From: Antedon mediterranea
Lineage: Eukaryota > Animalia > Echinodermata
DNA length: 64,000 nt
Direction: 5' to 3'
NCBI RefSeq assembly: GCF_964355755.1
Contig: NC_092674.1
Span: 29,698,001 to 29,762,000, forward strand
Under the pieces are notes generated by a model that was not told the origin of the DNA, did no database searches, and saw only the letters and a program-made list of their open reading frames with translations. The position numbers were made by a program, and so were the translations under genes. Of the stretch, positions 13,601 through 26,300 are shown in pieces (positions within the stretch are counted from its first letter, which is position 1; each line of letters begins with the position of its first letter).

Positions 13601-16600
13601 GCAGGCACTGCGCGTTAAATGTTATTGCGCACTCTTTTTGCCCGATTTCTGTTTTCTTGACTTACTTTTCAACTCGAAATTACGTTATACGAGCACGTCA
13701 AAAGTGACAGGCTACGCACGTGTAAATTAAAACATTTCAACATTTTTAAACATGTTCAGTAATTTCGGTCAGTATAGTTCACTATGTCGGTCGGTCCGTC
13801 TGTCTGTCGGTCTGTTTGTCTGTCGGTCCGGTATCACTATGCATTGTAGCACGCGACTTAATGGCTGTTGGCCTTGTTACTCGGGGTACCCGAGTCTAGT
13901 ACTTACTCATTTTCTCCTTCTCTTCCTCCATCTGGACACTATTGAGTAAAAAGTGCGATTTTTAAAGTACTACTCCTCCCTTATTCGTTATAGTATTGAG
14001 CTGGGATTTGGCATGAACATACTACAGGGACATGTCCTCAAAGCTATAGAGCCGGATTTTTAATTTTTTGTTAATTAATTTGTTTAATTAAGAAGCCACA
14101 ATGTATGACACACACCACAGCGTTATGTAGTTATAGGGTTATATGCGGATTCTTGGCGTAGTGGTTATCACGTTTGCTTAACACGCAGAAGGTACCTGGT
14201 TCGAGCCCGGACGAAACCTTTTTTTTTTAACTTTATGGTGAAAAGTACTGTATACGCAATATGATAATTATACAGAGTATATCTTATTTTTATTATTTTT
14301 TAAAATACTTATTTTGTGTAATCGGTAATTATCACTTTTACACATGTTTATTTTGCTTTGTGCTTATTACCATTTATTTGTAATTTAAATGGATTAAAAA
14401 ACTTTCTGTAACCCACATTTTTAATGTAAGAGGTTTCGTAGTGTAGTGGTTGTCAAGTCTGCTTAACACGCAGAAGGTCCCGGTTCGAGCCCTGGCGAAA
14501 CCTATTTTCTTTACTTTCTAACTGTATACGTCTGTATACAGCTTCTTTCGCTGTACCCCGAGTATTGCACATTCGTGCTTGTTTTTACATAAAGTTTGAT
14601 AGTGTAGACAGAACCTTTTAATTATTTTTATGATTATATTTTCTTGTAGGGTTCATCCAAAAGAAGTTTCTTTAGCAGGCTTTCCATTTTTTCTTGGTAT
14701 AGCAATATATTGTTTTGAGGTGAAATATCTTATTTTCTTTATATCAATCTAAATAGTTAATCAGGGTGTGACAACTTAAAGAATAGTCCAGGCTTACCAT
14801 TTTAGTTTCATTGTCTGTAATCTTCTAAGCTAAAATGAGATCCCTGTAGGATTGGGTTGTTCATCACCAGAAGACTAGCCTGCCAAAAAAGTGCATAGTA
14901 TTTGTATTAATATGATGTTATTTGGGGTTGTAGGGTGCTGGAATGGTTTTATCACTGGAGGCTTCGGTTCTACCATCTGTAAGATCAACATTCCGAAAGT
15001 AAGTAAATACTTAAGGCTATGGAATATTTAACAGACATTAACATTACTTTTATTCTTCAACCATGGCATATGTTAGACAGAAAGTCGAAGTACATTTCTG
15101 TAACTCAAATGAGCTAGCTACCCCTTAAATTATGTTTGCCACAGTAATATAGATTTCAAATTAACCATATCTATTTACAGTTCAACAGCATTCCCAAACC
15201 CATATACATAAAATAATATTAAATACCTGTACTTACTTTTTCTCTATTGCAGAACATTTGTATTTGCGTTGACTTTAGTGACCACACTATATATTGTCTT
15301 TGGTGTTTGTGGATACTTGGTAATTTTACTTTTTTCTATGGTGTGGGGGAAGCATATTGTAAGACCAATCAAGGTCAAAGGTCAAATAGCTCTCTTGATT
15401 CATACAAAGTGTGTTATACATTATCATATTATTGTCAATTTTTCTGTTAGTCATTTGGGCCTGAGACAGCAAACATCATCACATTGAATCTACCAGCTGG
15501 CTTCTTCCCACTGCTAGTGAAAAGTTGTCTGTGTTTCTCACTCTTCTTCACATACCCAATGATGATGTTTCCAGTTTCCAGAATCGTTGAAAATATTGTT
15601 GTACATGATCCATTAAGAAATTTAAATAAAGGGGTAAGCTTTTACTTTATTTATTTTTATATTAATTAATTAAAGCACCAAATTATAAAAAATTTAAGAA
15701 TTGGATGATCCATCATCATGATGATCAAATTACTTACAGTACGGTTACATTCATGTGGAAAACAACTTTATGCGAATGCCCAGCTTATAAAAAACATTCC
15801 TGTGTCAATTTTGATACTAATTATTACATCCACCAGAATGGAGCGGGGTCATGTGGTCAATCGGGTGTGTTTGTTTCCTTATATATTTGTTAACAGGAAT
15901 ACTCAAAAAGTTATTGCCCGATTTTCATAATATTTTAAAGGATGTAATGGTTTCATAGCTGTATGGGAACACGTCATTCAATTTTCATAAGGCTAGACAG
16001 AGGTTTGCGCTCTCTGAGTGCCCTTCTAGATAATATTTATATTATTAATATAAATATTATATTGTTTGTTGTTTCAGAACATGATCCGCTGTATGATGGT
16101 CCTAGTGACTGGTGTTATTGTAATAGCTATTCCTAACTTTACAACTTTAATGGCCCTTGTAGGGGCAAGTTGTTGTACCCTCCTTGCTTTTATTCTACCA
16201 GCAATCTTTCACATGAAAATCTGTCAAGAGTAAGTTAATTTTTTTAATATTTTTTATATTATTTGTCAAGACAATCCCACCACAAGATTTTTATCTTTAT
16301 GGGATTCTGCCTTTGTCCATTACTTTTTGTTCACTAATCTCAATGAATGAACGAAAATAGATTGATCCATTTAGATCTATCAGTCTAATCTGCCAAGCCA
16401 ATCTTTCGAAAGACAACAACTTTAATCTATAATGCAGACATGAATATCTAAAGAGTATCTTTTGTAAACAAAAATATAATATAATAATTTTGATGATTGT
16501 TTTTGAAAAACTTTTTTTTCCTATTAGAACTTTAACATCCAAACAGCTTGCTTTTGATTGGTTCCTAATAATTCTTGGTGTTATTGGGTAAGTAAATCAG

Positions 16601-16800
16601 CCAATCAAATTGGTTTTATAGCAGTAAATTGTTATATAAGTAACCCTTTACCCTCTAATATTACTTTAACTTTGCTTTTTAGGAGTTTAATTGGTACCCA
16701 TGATGCATTGCACAGGATGTTTGCACCAGATGTGGATGCTGATGATACTGGCAGTGTTATAGCAAGAGTCTTTTCAGCCTCTAATGTAACGGTACACTAG
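10621..16800 (+). CDS. SLC36/AVT3-like proton-coupled amino acid transporter (Aa_trans family)
   Basis: MHDSGGSDSPVKIFANIFITFVGAGVLGLPYAFKE; GFCCAYLIF; FFLGIAIYCFEGAGMVLSLE; LFFTYPMMMFPV; IPNFTTLMALVGASCCTLLAFILPA. Multiple GT-AG exons, stop TAG at 16798-16800. Confidence 0.9.
12060..12230 (-). mobile_element. tRNA-derived SINE relic (related fragment at ~53370-53450)
   Basis: The minus strand has a tRNA-like head (GGGTTCAATACC B-box) followed by CCAGTTCACTCAGCTGTAAATGAGTACCTGG, a conserved SINE central-domain-like motif. Confidence 0.55.
13144..13878 (+). mobile_element. DINE-1/HINE-like non-autonomous Helentron, family A, copy 1
   Basis: Inserted in a T-run. Subterminal IR AGTCGCGTG (13149)/CACGCGACT (13850), adjacent partial IR AGTCGC..GCGACT, (GTCT/GTCG)n microsatellite, and 3' hairpin GGCTGTTGGCC followed by TTGTT. 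Near-identical copy at 42313. Confidence 0.8.
14147..14219 (+). tRNA. tRNA-Val(AAC)-like, degenerate (probable pseudogene)
   Basis: TGGCGTAGTGG A-box, anticodon arm TTTGC-TTAACAC-GCAGA, GGTTCGAGCCC B-box and an oligo-T run directly after. Two acceptor-stem mismatches. Confidence 0.75.
14432..14503 (+). tRNA. tRNA-Val(AAC)-like, second copy (probable pseudogene)
   Basis: Perfect acceptor stem GGTTTCG/CGAAACC and anticodon arm TCTGC-TTAACAC-GCAGA. D-stem and T-stem lesions; TTTT downstream. Confidence 0.75.
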
Positions 16801-19159
16801 AGCCCTTAAGATGTGTTCACATTGAACCCAGGGTTCTAGTTTCCATACATGTATTTAAAGCTCTGTCTACACTATCAAACTAGTTTGACAAAAAAAGTAT
16901 GATGTGCCCATATGGTAGTGATATTCCCAAATATGATGACACATCATGATGACATGATGACACATCATATTTTTTTGTCACATAAAGTTTGATAGTGTAG
17001 ACAAGGCTTTAGATGTGTTCACACTGAACCCAGGATTTCTGTTCCCAGATAAAATGTGTGTGTGGTTTTTAAGAACCATTAAAAACAACGCAGAGCCTGA
17101 GAAAAATAGTTTTTACTGAGTTTTTTCCGCCCATCGGACCAAATTTAGGTTCAGTTACTATTCTTATTAAAGGGTTTCTGAAAATATAGGATTGAGGAGA
17201 TTTTGTTTTGAGATAATACACAATATTATTATTGTACAGTATAAGAGGCTTGAGCTAAATTGTCTTTGTTCAAAATTGTCCATTTACTAATTTTGATGAG
17301 TTGTATGGTCTTCCATCGGTACTTTCTAAACATTAAAATATATATTTTCAAGTGACATTGACCAAATAAAAAAAAAACAAACTTAGAAAAAAAAATATGG
17401 GAACAAATTATATTTTGCTTAATACGATATCTGTTTTAAGGTATTAGAAACATTGTATATTTATATATTATGTAAAATAAATGTACATTGGAGATGGGAG
17501 ACAATGTCATATTTTGACAACAATAATCTTAAGTTATTAAGGTCTGTCTACACTATCAAACTTTATGTGACAAAAAAATGTGATATGCCCATATGGACTT
17601 GATGATGATGTATCACTACTATTTTTGAGCATATCAGACTTTTTTTGTCAAACTAGTTTTAATAGTGTCGACAGAGCTGTAGAGAGATGATTATAATCTT
17701 TGGAATTGTAATTTAAGAAGTTAAGTGGTAAGATTGTAAAATTAAGGTTATGAAGTCCGCTGTCTCAGTACCGGTAACCGGGTTTAATACAGTGTCTGGT
17801 ATTATGAATGTGTTTTTATCAGAGTGTCTAGTATTGGGAGAGTTGAATGTATTGCAGTAGATTAAAGGTTTAAGATTTCGTCCAGTAGCCAACACAGAGT
17901 GTGCTGTGACTCTAGAAGCCTTGACTACAAATGAGTTAATAGGTGATGGCCACCTATAGACAAACTCTACTATAAGAACTAGATGATTGATTGAGTTTAC
18001 TTTTTATAGTATTTGTATGTGTATGATTGATTGCGTTTGAGTTAGAAGTTTTCATAATACTCTAAGTTTAAGTGTCTACTACACAGCATATGTATTATAC
18101 CCAAAATCTTTTTATTTTATTTCATCAGGGACCACTACCTTTATATTTATATATTGTATATAGTAATAATAATGTATTAAAGTTTATTGTATCCACCACC
18201 CATCTAGTGCTCTCTTTGCAATAAGTTATTCCGTAGCATAATATTTATTTTCTAGTAGCTTTTTAATAGTATAATTTATTTTAATTCTAAATGTTACAAA
18301 ATAAATTGAGTTCTGTTTGTATATACTAACTGTACAGTATAAAAACAGTACTAAATTTTGCATCAAATCTTAATACTATGATTTTCTATATATCTTTTAA
18401 ACACTGATTTACAGAGTAATATGTCTATAATGGAACATGTTTTGTTTATATACATTGTAAATTTTTTTACAGACACTGTCATAAGTTGTTGGAGTATCCC
18501 CATATATACAGGGTGCCTTCAAGCTCTGTCACGTCTACACTAGTTTGACCAAAAAAGTGTGATGTGCCCAAATATAGTAGTGATATGCACAAATATGGTA
18601 GTGATATGCCCAAATATGGTAGTGATATGACATCATTATGTCAATAGCACATAAAGTTTGACAGTATAGACATAGCATAATACTGTATTATATTTTTAAC
18701 ACATTTCCACCTTAATTGTCCCATTGTATTCAACCTAATCAAACAACCTCACAAATAAATGGTATTTTATCAATATTTATATATATACTTTATTTTTATG
18801 TAAATTATTATAATTTCAGATTATTGTTGTTTGATTCTAGTTATTATTTTCTGTTTTTTTTGGTAGTAAATGTTTTTTAAAAAATATAACCCGACTTTAA
18901 GTAACCCTGGTGCTGGGATGATGATTTTATAATACTGTATATTGTTTGAATAAGTAAAACATAATAAGAGCCTATGGTGTATACAGGCTTGTGAATGGAC
19001 CAAATAATGTTATGTGTTTATTTTGTTTTGTTAAACTAAATCTAAATTAATTGTACAAGATTAACAGGGCTTACACTTAAATGCAGCATAACAGGTAAAG
19101 AATTAAAAGAAAAATCAGTCACAATAAATACAGTGTTTGTATTCTGTTCATATTTACTG

Positions 19160-19759
19160 CAAAACTGCACATATACTGTATCTGTACGTCATATACAGTG
19201 TAAACTGCACATATACTGTATCTGTACGTCATACAGTGTAAACTGCACATACTGTATCTGTACGTCATATACAGTGTAAACTGCACATATACTGTATCTG
19301 TACGTCATACAGTGTAAACTGCACATACTGTATACTGTATCTGTACGTCATATACAGTGTAAACTGCACATATACTGTATCTGTACGTCATATACAGTGT
19401 AAACTGCACATATACTGTATCTGTACGTCATATACAGTATAAACTGCACATATACTGTATCTGTACGTCATATACTGTACAGTGTAAACTGCACATATAC
19501 TGTATCTGTATGTCATATACAGTTTAAACTGCACATATACTGTATCTGTACGTCATATACAGTGTAAACTGCACATATACTGTATCTGTACGTCATATAC
19601 AGTGTAAACTGCACATATACTGTATCTGTACGTCATATACAGTGTAAACTGCACATATACTGTATCTGTACGTCATATACAGTGTAAACTGCACATATAC
19701 TGTATCTGTACGTCATATACAGTGTAAACTGCACATATACTGTATCTGTACGTCATATA
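19160..19759. repeat. ~40-bp minisatellite x~15
   Basis: Unit AGTGTAAACTGCACATATACTGTATCTGTACGTCATATAC. Confidence 0.95.
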
Positions 19760-19914
19760 GTGGCAAACAGAATTACACGCAAAATAATCAAAGATATTTG
19801 TTTGTAATTGATATTGGTGACAGTATATTGTTTTTGTTTTTCATATATTTAGGGAAATTGCCAAGGATGACCATAAGCGAATTAATTCACTATCCTTCTT
19901 AAAGTTGGCAATCT

Positions 19915-20085
19915 TGTTCACAAGACAAACATTCACAAGATGCTCTACATAAACAAAGTCTTATTACAAGTCTTTGGGAGTGGAGTTGTAATTTGTCATT
20001 AAAAAAATCCTGACATGACAGGACCCAGGACCCTTGGATTGGTAGCCTAGCATCATAACCACAAAGCCAGAACTCCACTACTATA
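19915..20085 (-). mobile_element. SINE-like dispersed repeat (copies at ~5955-6100 and, on +, ~62115-62260)
   Basis: Shared CACAAGACAAAC...GATGCTCTACATA..AAGTCTTATTACAAGTC...GCATCATAACCACAA. The tRNA-like head is clearest at 62115-62190. Confidence 0.5.
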
Positions 20086-20377
20086 CGAAGATGCACATGT
20101 CGGAGCTGGAATTTAAATACAATGATGTGAAATGGCTCCCAACTCATCATTTACTACATACAACAATAAAACACAAATCTACATTTTTTTTGGTCATGGT
20201 TTAATGATATATTTTTGTACATTTTTTCGTATTTATATTATATACATAGAGTATTTTACAATATTATACAAAATTTATATAACGCCTTGAATTTTCAATT
20301 ATTTACAATAGGGAATGATACAAAGAGTCAAAGGTGGGTTCTTATACTTATTTTAAGTATTCACTATAAGTTATAAG

Positions 20378-23300
20378 TCAAGAGGTTGAGAATTTAGCAG
20401 AGAATATTTTAGCTATTCTCTTTGCTTCTTCAGCTGTTGGAGGTCTGTTTCGAGTCTTTGGTCTTGGTGGATCTTTTTGATCTTTTGGCTTGTGCAACCT
20501 ATCAGCAACCTCATTGACAGCTGCAGCCTTTGATGTTGAATACTGCCGATTCTGAGGCTGCAAGAAACAAGAAAAACTTTAAATGAAAAAGGCCAAAACA
20601 GTTGATGAGAGTTCTTTACTTGAAATAAACAAATTACAATAATTAAAACGAAACAAAAAGTGAAATCAAAATGTCCTTTTTGGTAGTTGTACCTGTACAG
20701 CTTGTTGTGGCAGTACTGATGCTGCTGTTCTTAAAGCTCTCATCGAGGCTTCCAGATCAGCAGGTGGCAGAAAGAAGTTGGGCATGAGGACAGGTTGTTG
20801 TCTGAATCGCATGGTTAAGGAAACCATATCTCACAATACAGTATAATAGTAACAAGGCAATCTAACAACAAAGATCAAAGGGTTTATCTGTGGCTGCGAC
20901 ACAATCAGTATCACACCGCACACCACAGAGTGCCTATCTTGGCAAGCTCAGTGCCCTGTTGTCAGATTGCCTTGATTGTATTGACAACACAGTAGAACGC
21001 TTTTGTGGGACATACAAAATGTGCCTTTATGGTTGTTATAAAGGAGAAGTTCTACTGTTTAAATTTACATAACTATATTAATACATCAAAATAAAGGATA
21101 CCGTGCCGGTTCACTAGCTCTCGTTTCTTGTTTTCTTTCAAACCGATCTTTTTGCATGGCAGCTTCTTCTGAGTTTATCGTTATGACAACCGAATCATTA
21201 TCATCAGCATTTTCCTCACCGCTTACACTTCCAGCAGCATCTTTTAAGGCTTGGTGGTCACTCTCCAATTCTTGGTGGTCACTCTGCAATGTTTGGTCAC
21301 TCTGCAATGCTTGGTGGTCATTCTCCAATGCTTGGTGGTCTGTTAGACCTTCCGGAATATTTTCTGTTTCATTATCGTTACCATATTCCCCTTCACCACA
21401 ACCATTTTTATTTGAACTAATTTCTTGTGGTCTATCAACATTTTGATCATTAATGTGTTGATTCTCAGATTGCAAGTCAGTGATGTCTTGCTGGCTTCTT
21501 GAGTCTGTACTCAATACAATGAAGCTCGAGTCACGGTCAAGCCGCTGCTGACCACAAGTATTTCCTACATCTTCCTCACTCTTAGCCGTTCGTAAAACAT
21601 CTTCTGGCTTACTGGTTTTACCGCCATTTTTTAAATCTGAAGGCTGATTGAAACTTGATGTTTGCTGTTGAATATCTTCATCAAAATCCACATTTTTAAA
21701 TTGGTGTTTGTCAACCTTATCAGGAACTATTAAATTACTGAATTCTTGGGAAGAGATATCATTAAGAGGCTTTGGGATCACTTCCTCAAAATCACTGCCA
21801 CTGTCCCAATCACTATCAGTCTTCTGTTCTAGTGGATCCCAATGACTGGGTGGTGGCCTAGCAGGCAACAAGTCTTCAATGTTTTCCAGCCTTTCATAAT
21901 GTATATTAGAAGATGAATCCCTTTCAAACGTCCTTGGATTATTAAGGTTGCTAATTTCATTATCTAAGTTAATTAACTCTCCTGTTGGGACAGGATAAGT
22001 GGTTGGAGCACTCATGCAACTTTCTGCCTCATTCTTATCTGATTTGTTTTCCAGAGATTGTGGAGATCTCACTCGTTCATCTGGAGATCTCATTGAACCG
22101 TATGGCTCATCATCTTTGTAACCGTCTACCAATCTATCATTCATTTCATCAGCATCATGATGTTCAAAGTTTGTGCTGCCTAGATTCTGTTGCCCATTTT
22201 CAAAGTGAGAAAATCCTGATGTTATCAGTTCAGGATAATTATCTTGTACATGATTCTTTTCTTTAATATGATTGGATGTTATTTGACTTCTGGCCTGACC
22301 TCTACTTAGATCAGACTGCCTGTGTTTATGATTCTTTCCTTGTGACCGATGTTGTTCAGAATCATCATAATCTTCTGGATGACTTCTTCCTTGTACCTGA
22401 TCTCTCCTGAGCTTTTTCTTTAAATTCTCTTGAATTATATCAAGTTGTTCTAAGTTATCCCTACAAAGAAACGTACTAATTTATCATAGTATTGGGTAAT
22501 TTTAAGATGGAAATATATTAATACGATACAAAAACATTTTTTGTGCCTTGAATAAGTAGGAAAACATACCGAAGACTGCGTCTCAAAAATGATTTTGAAT
22601 TCATCATAAAAGATGTCGATGTATCAGACCCTAGAACTCCAAGAGAGGGAGTATGTTGACTTCTACTTTTTTCTCTGGTGCCCAAATCAACTAATTTCTG
22701 CTGGAGTGACTCATGAAATTGCCGTACATTCTTGAGATGATCCTCGAAGTGCGAGGCTTCCTGGATCGACGGTTCTGTCGATTTTGAGTCACAACATTGT
22801 ATTGTCTGCTCAGGGTATTGTACTAAATGGCTTGGAAACTCAGTGTATTGGCTGCTGGATTGGAAGCTGGTGGTTTTTGGCCTTGGTGACATCATGGTAC
22901 TTTGTTGTGTTGGGTTTACAGGTTGCTTCAGTGGAGAAATGCTCTCCAGCGGTGAAATACCAATCTAAAACAAAAAATAACACTATTAGTATATTTTAAA
23001 GGTACTATATACACGTGGAGTTTAATACCTATTTTGTTCTATGTAACACAATTGAGAGTTACTATAAAATCACAACAGACAACAAGCATTATACTGACCT
23101 TGAGTTGACCCTGACATTGTCCACTGAAATCCATGATATTGTACCAACCATTGATCAATTTAAAACCAGCTAGCAAAGGGCAAAGGTCAACGGATACAAA
23201 TCCTAACACACGGTCATTAGCTGTGTTCGGCTCTTTAGATGTTTGTTGCCAAATTTTAAATATTAAATTCTAGAAAAAAAGTAATTATAGAAATGGTAAA

Positions 23301-26300
23301 ACAAATATGCACAGTTTTGATGAAATTTGCACAATATAAGTGAATAAATTATCATTTAATATAATTTAAAGATTCTTTGTTGTAAAGCTCTGTCTACACT
23401 ATCAAACTTTATGTGACAAATAAATGTGCACATGTGTCCATATATGGACATGATGTCATATCACTACCATATTTGGGCACATCGCACTTTTGTTGTAAAA
23501 CTAGTTTGATAGTGTAGACAGAGCTTTAGGTAATAACATAATTCTGACAAAGATATTAAGACCAGAATAAATGGTCAGAATATCAGTGTCTCTAAATTGA
23601 AATAAGCACACTGTGCAAGTGTATCATAGAGCACTATTCCACGGATTCTATCCTATACAGACCTATCATAGCAAATGGTATTCTGCAGTGTAGTATCTAT
23701 TACACGATCCTAGCATATCTATTAGCTAGAGTGTCTCTTTGCCATCATAGTACACACGTTAGGAGATTCTATCCTATCTATCTACTATACACGATCCTAG
23801 CATATCTATTAGCTAGAGTGTCTCTTTGCCATCATATTCATAGTACACACGTTAGGAGATTCTATCCTATCTATCTACTATACACGATCCTAGCATATCT
23901 ATTAGCTAGAGTGTCTCTTTGCCATCATAGTACACACGTTAGGAGATTCTATCCTATCTATCTACTATACACGATCCTAGCATATCTATTAGCTAGAGTG
24001 TCTCTTTGCCATCATAGTACACACGTTAGGAGATTCTATCCTATCTATCTACTATACAGTGAGAAGGTGCATGTTATGTAAAGTGCCTTCATTAAGGAAT
24101 TGTAGCCTACCTACTGAATGGCAGAATGTATTATATAGCTGAGTGTCTTTGTTTTACTACATAGAGAACTCATCAATCAAATTGTAGTCTATTCTACTAG
24201 AGTTGATTATCCCATATTAAAGCACACGTCCTAGAGTTGATTATCCCATATTAAAGCACACATCCTAGAGTTGATTATCCCATATTAAAGCACACATCCT
24301 AGAGTTGATTATCCCATATTAAAGCACACATCCTAGAGTTGATTATCCCATATTAAAGCACACATCCTAGAGTTGATTATCCCGTAAGTGAACATCCTCA
24401 GATCCAAGAAAAATGTTCATACAGGCTTACTAGGTTTTTTCGGCTGATGATATTTTGCGATGTTCTAATAGGACTCTAGGCTATCTACTGCATGGCAGAA
24501 TTTATCCTACAGTTGAAGCTAAGTATGGCTCTGATATAATCAAAGTTGTAGATGAATATACTGTATCTATTTGATTTCATAATCTTGCATTGTATAAAGC
24601 TCTGTCTACACTATCAAAAAATGTATTAAGTCCCCAAATATGGTAGTATGACATCATCATGGGTACATCACATGTTTTTGTCACATAAAGTTTGATAGTG
24701 TAGACAGGGCTAAAACCAATGATGACAATCATTCTAAAAATAAATTATTAAATGAATTATACAGAAATCACAAACCTGATTTTCGAGAACATCTCTGTTG
24801 ACTTTGGCTTCATGATCAAAGCCCCACGTAATCCTGTCGCATCCAGCTGCTGAGGGTGATGTGATTATGCCTTCTGTTGTTTGATATGATACATAGAAAG
24901 TATTCAACCTGCAGACATGAAACAGTACTTGATTAGACATTCATGTAGGGCATCATATGGCCTATATTTCATAGCATACATATTAAAGAGCCCCAAGTAT
25001 ACAAGTATGGCATCAACCCTGGAATATTTCCTTGAATGTTGGCAATGTTTCTGTTAAAAATACTCTCTACCTAAACACCACAGTAACTCACGTATCAGTA
25101 TGGCAGCCAATATGCATGGCCTGTTCAACCACAACATGAACACGTACTGGTCGTCTTTTCCATTTCTCTTCCTCCTCTTTCCTTAGTTTCTCCTCTTCAA
25201 TTGCTTGTAGTCTTTCTGTTTCTTCTTTCTCCCTTTGCTTGATTTCCTCTTCTTTTTGTTTCTCTTTGATTTCTTGTTTGCGTTGTTTTTGTCGGTCGTT
25301 GGCAATAAAGTCATCTGGTATAGTTCCTTCATCGTCCTACGTTAAACAAAGTAATTAATAACTTCTAGTATGCATATAAACAATTTGTGTATAGTGTACA
25401 AAATATAAATATATAGGTTTTTTATCGTATTGAAATAAATAAATACTGACTATGAAATCTTGCCTATGCTGTCTCGTCTGTTTTCTTGTGACATGTACTC
25501 TAAGGAAAGCGCCCCCAAGGTAAGCAGCTCCTGGTTTGAATACGGGATACCTTCCACTTAAAAAAATAATTAATATTATCATCATTCCAAATTTTTTTTT
25601 AGATATACGCAATATTGTGAAAAATCAAATACATTTGTCACATAGATGAATGAAAATACACATAACATACCCAATTCTTTGAGTCTCTCTGAATTCTCTT
25701 GCAAGAGGTGAAAGGTCAAGGTAAGAACAACCAATCAGCTTGTCTCGTTGTCTAGGTCGAGTCTGATTATCCACTGTATCATTGTAACTAATCCACAACT
25801 GAATTTCTAGACGCTCTTCTTTTAAATACCTACAGATAAAATTTAAAGAGCTATCAAAATGTAATATTTTTTTCTCATGTTTTACCAAGGATTTAATGTC
25901 CTATAATGATACTCAATATTGTGATTGCGTGAAAACTGTAGAGTGAGGTATTTTACCATATAAAGGGTTCTGTTGAGTGACACCTGAACCTGTGACTATG
26001 CTGCATGTCTGCTTGTAGACTCTCACCATCTTCATCATCAAGGTAACTCAAAGTTGCTAACACAGCAGCTGAAATAATGAGAATATAAATCAAGGTGAAA
26101 TGGTATATTATATTAGGGTATTTCACAACCCACAGCAGCAATGATATGTACCATAATCTGCACACAAACACAGTACCACTGTACAAAGCTCTGTCTACAT
26201 TATCAAAAAATGTGATGTGCCCATATATGAACATAATTATGTCATATCACTCTCATATTTGGGCATATCACTACCATATCTTTGAGTATCTTTTACTACA

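Larger units (their letters stand above)
13877..14583 (+). mobile_element. HINE-like element, family B, carrying two tRNA-Val copies
   Basis: Subterminal IR TACTCGGGGTAC (13878)/GTACCCCGAGTA (14553), 5' palindrome ACTCGGG-GTA-CCCGAGT, and 3' hairpin GCAC-ATTC-GTGC followed by TTGTT. Confidence 0.7.

Noticed and set aside
19160-19759. Regular ~40-bp repeats resembling a CRISPR array
   Set aside because: Units are contiguous with no unique spacers, there are no cas genes, and the context is eukaryotic. It is a minisatellite.
23731-24081. 116-aa repetitive ORF
   Set aside because: By-product of the 87-bp (3n) tandem repeat, with a GTG start and no splice or homology support.
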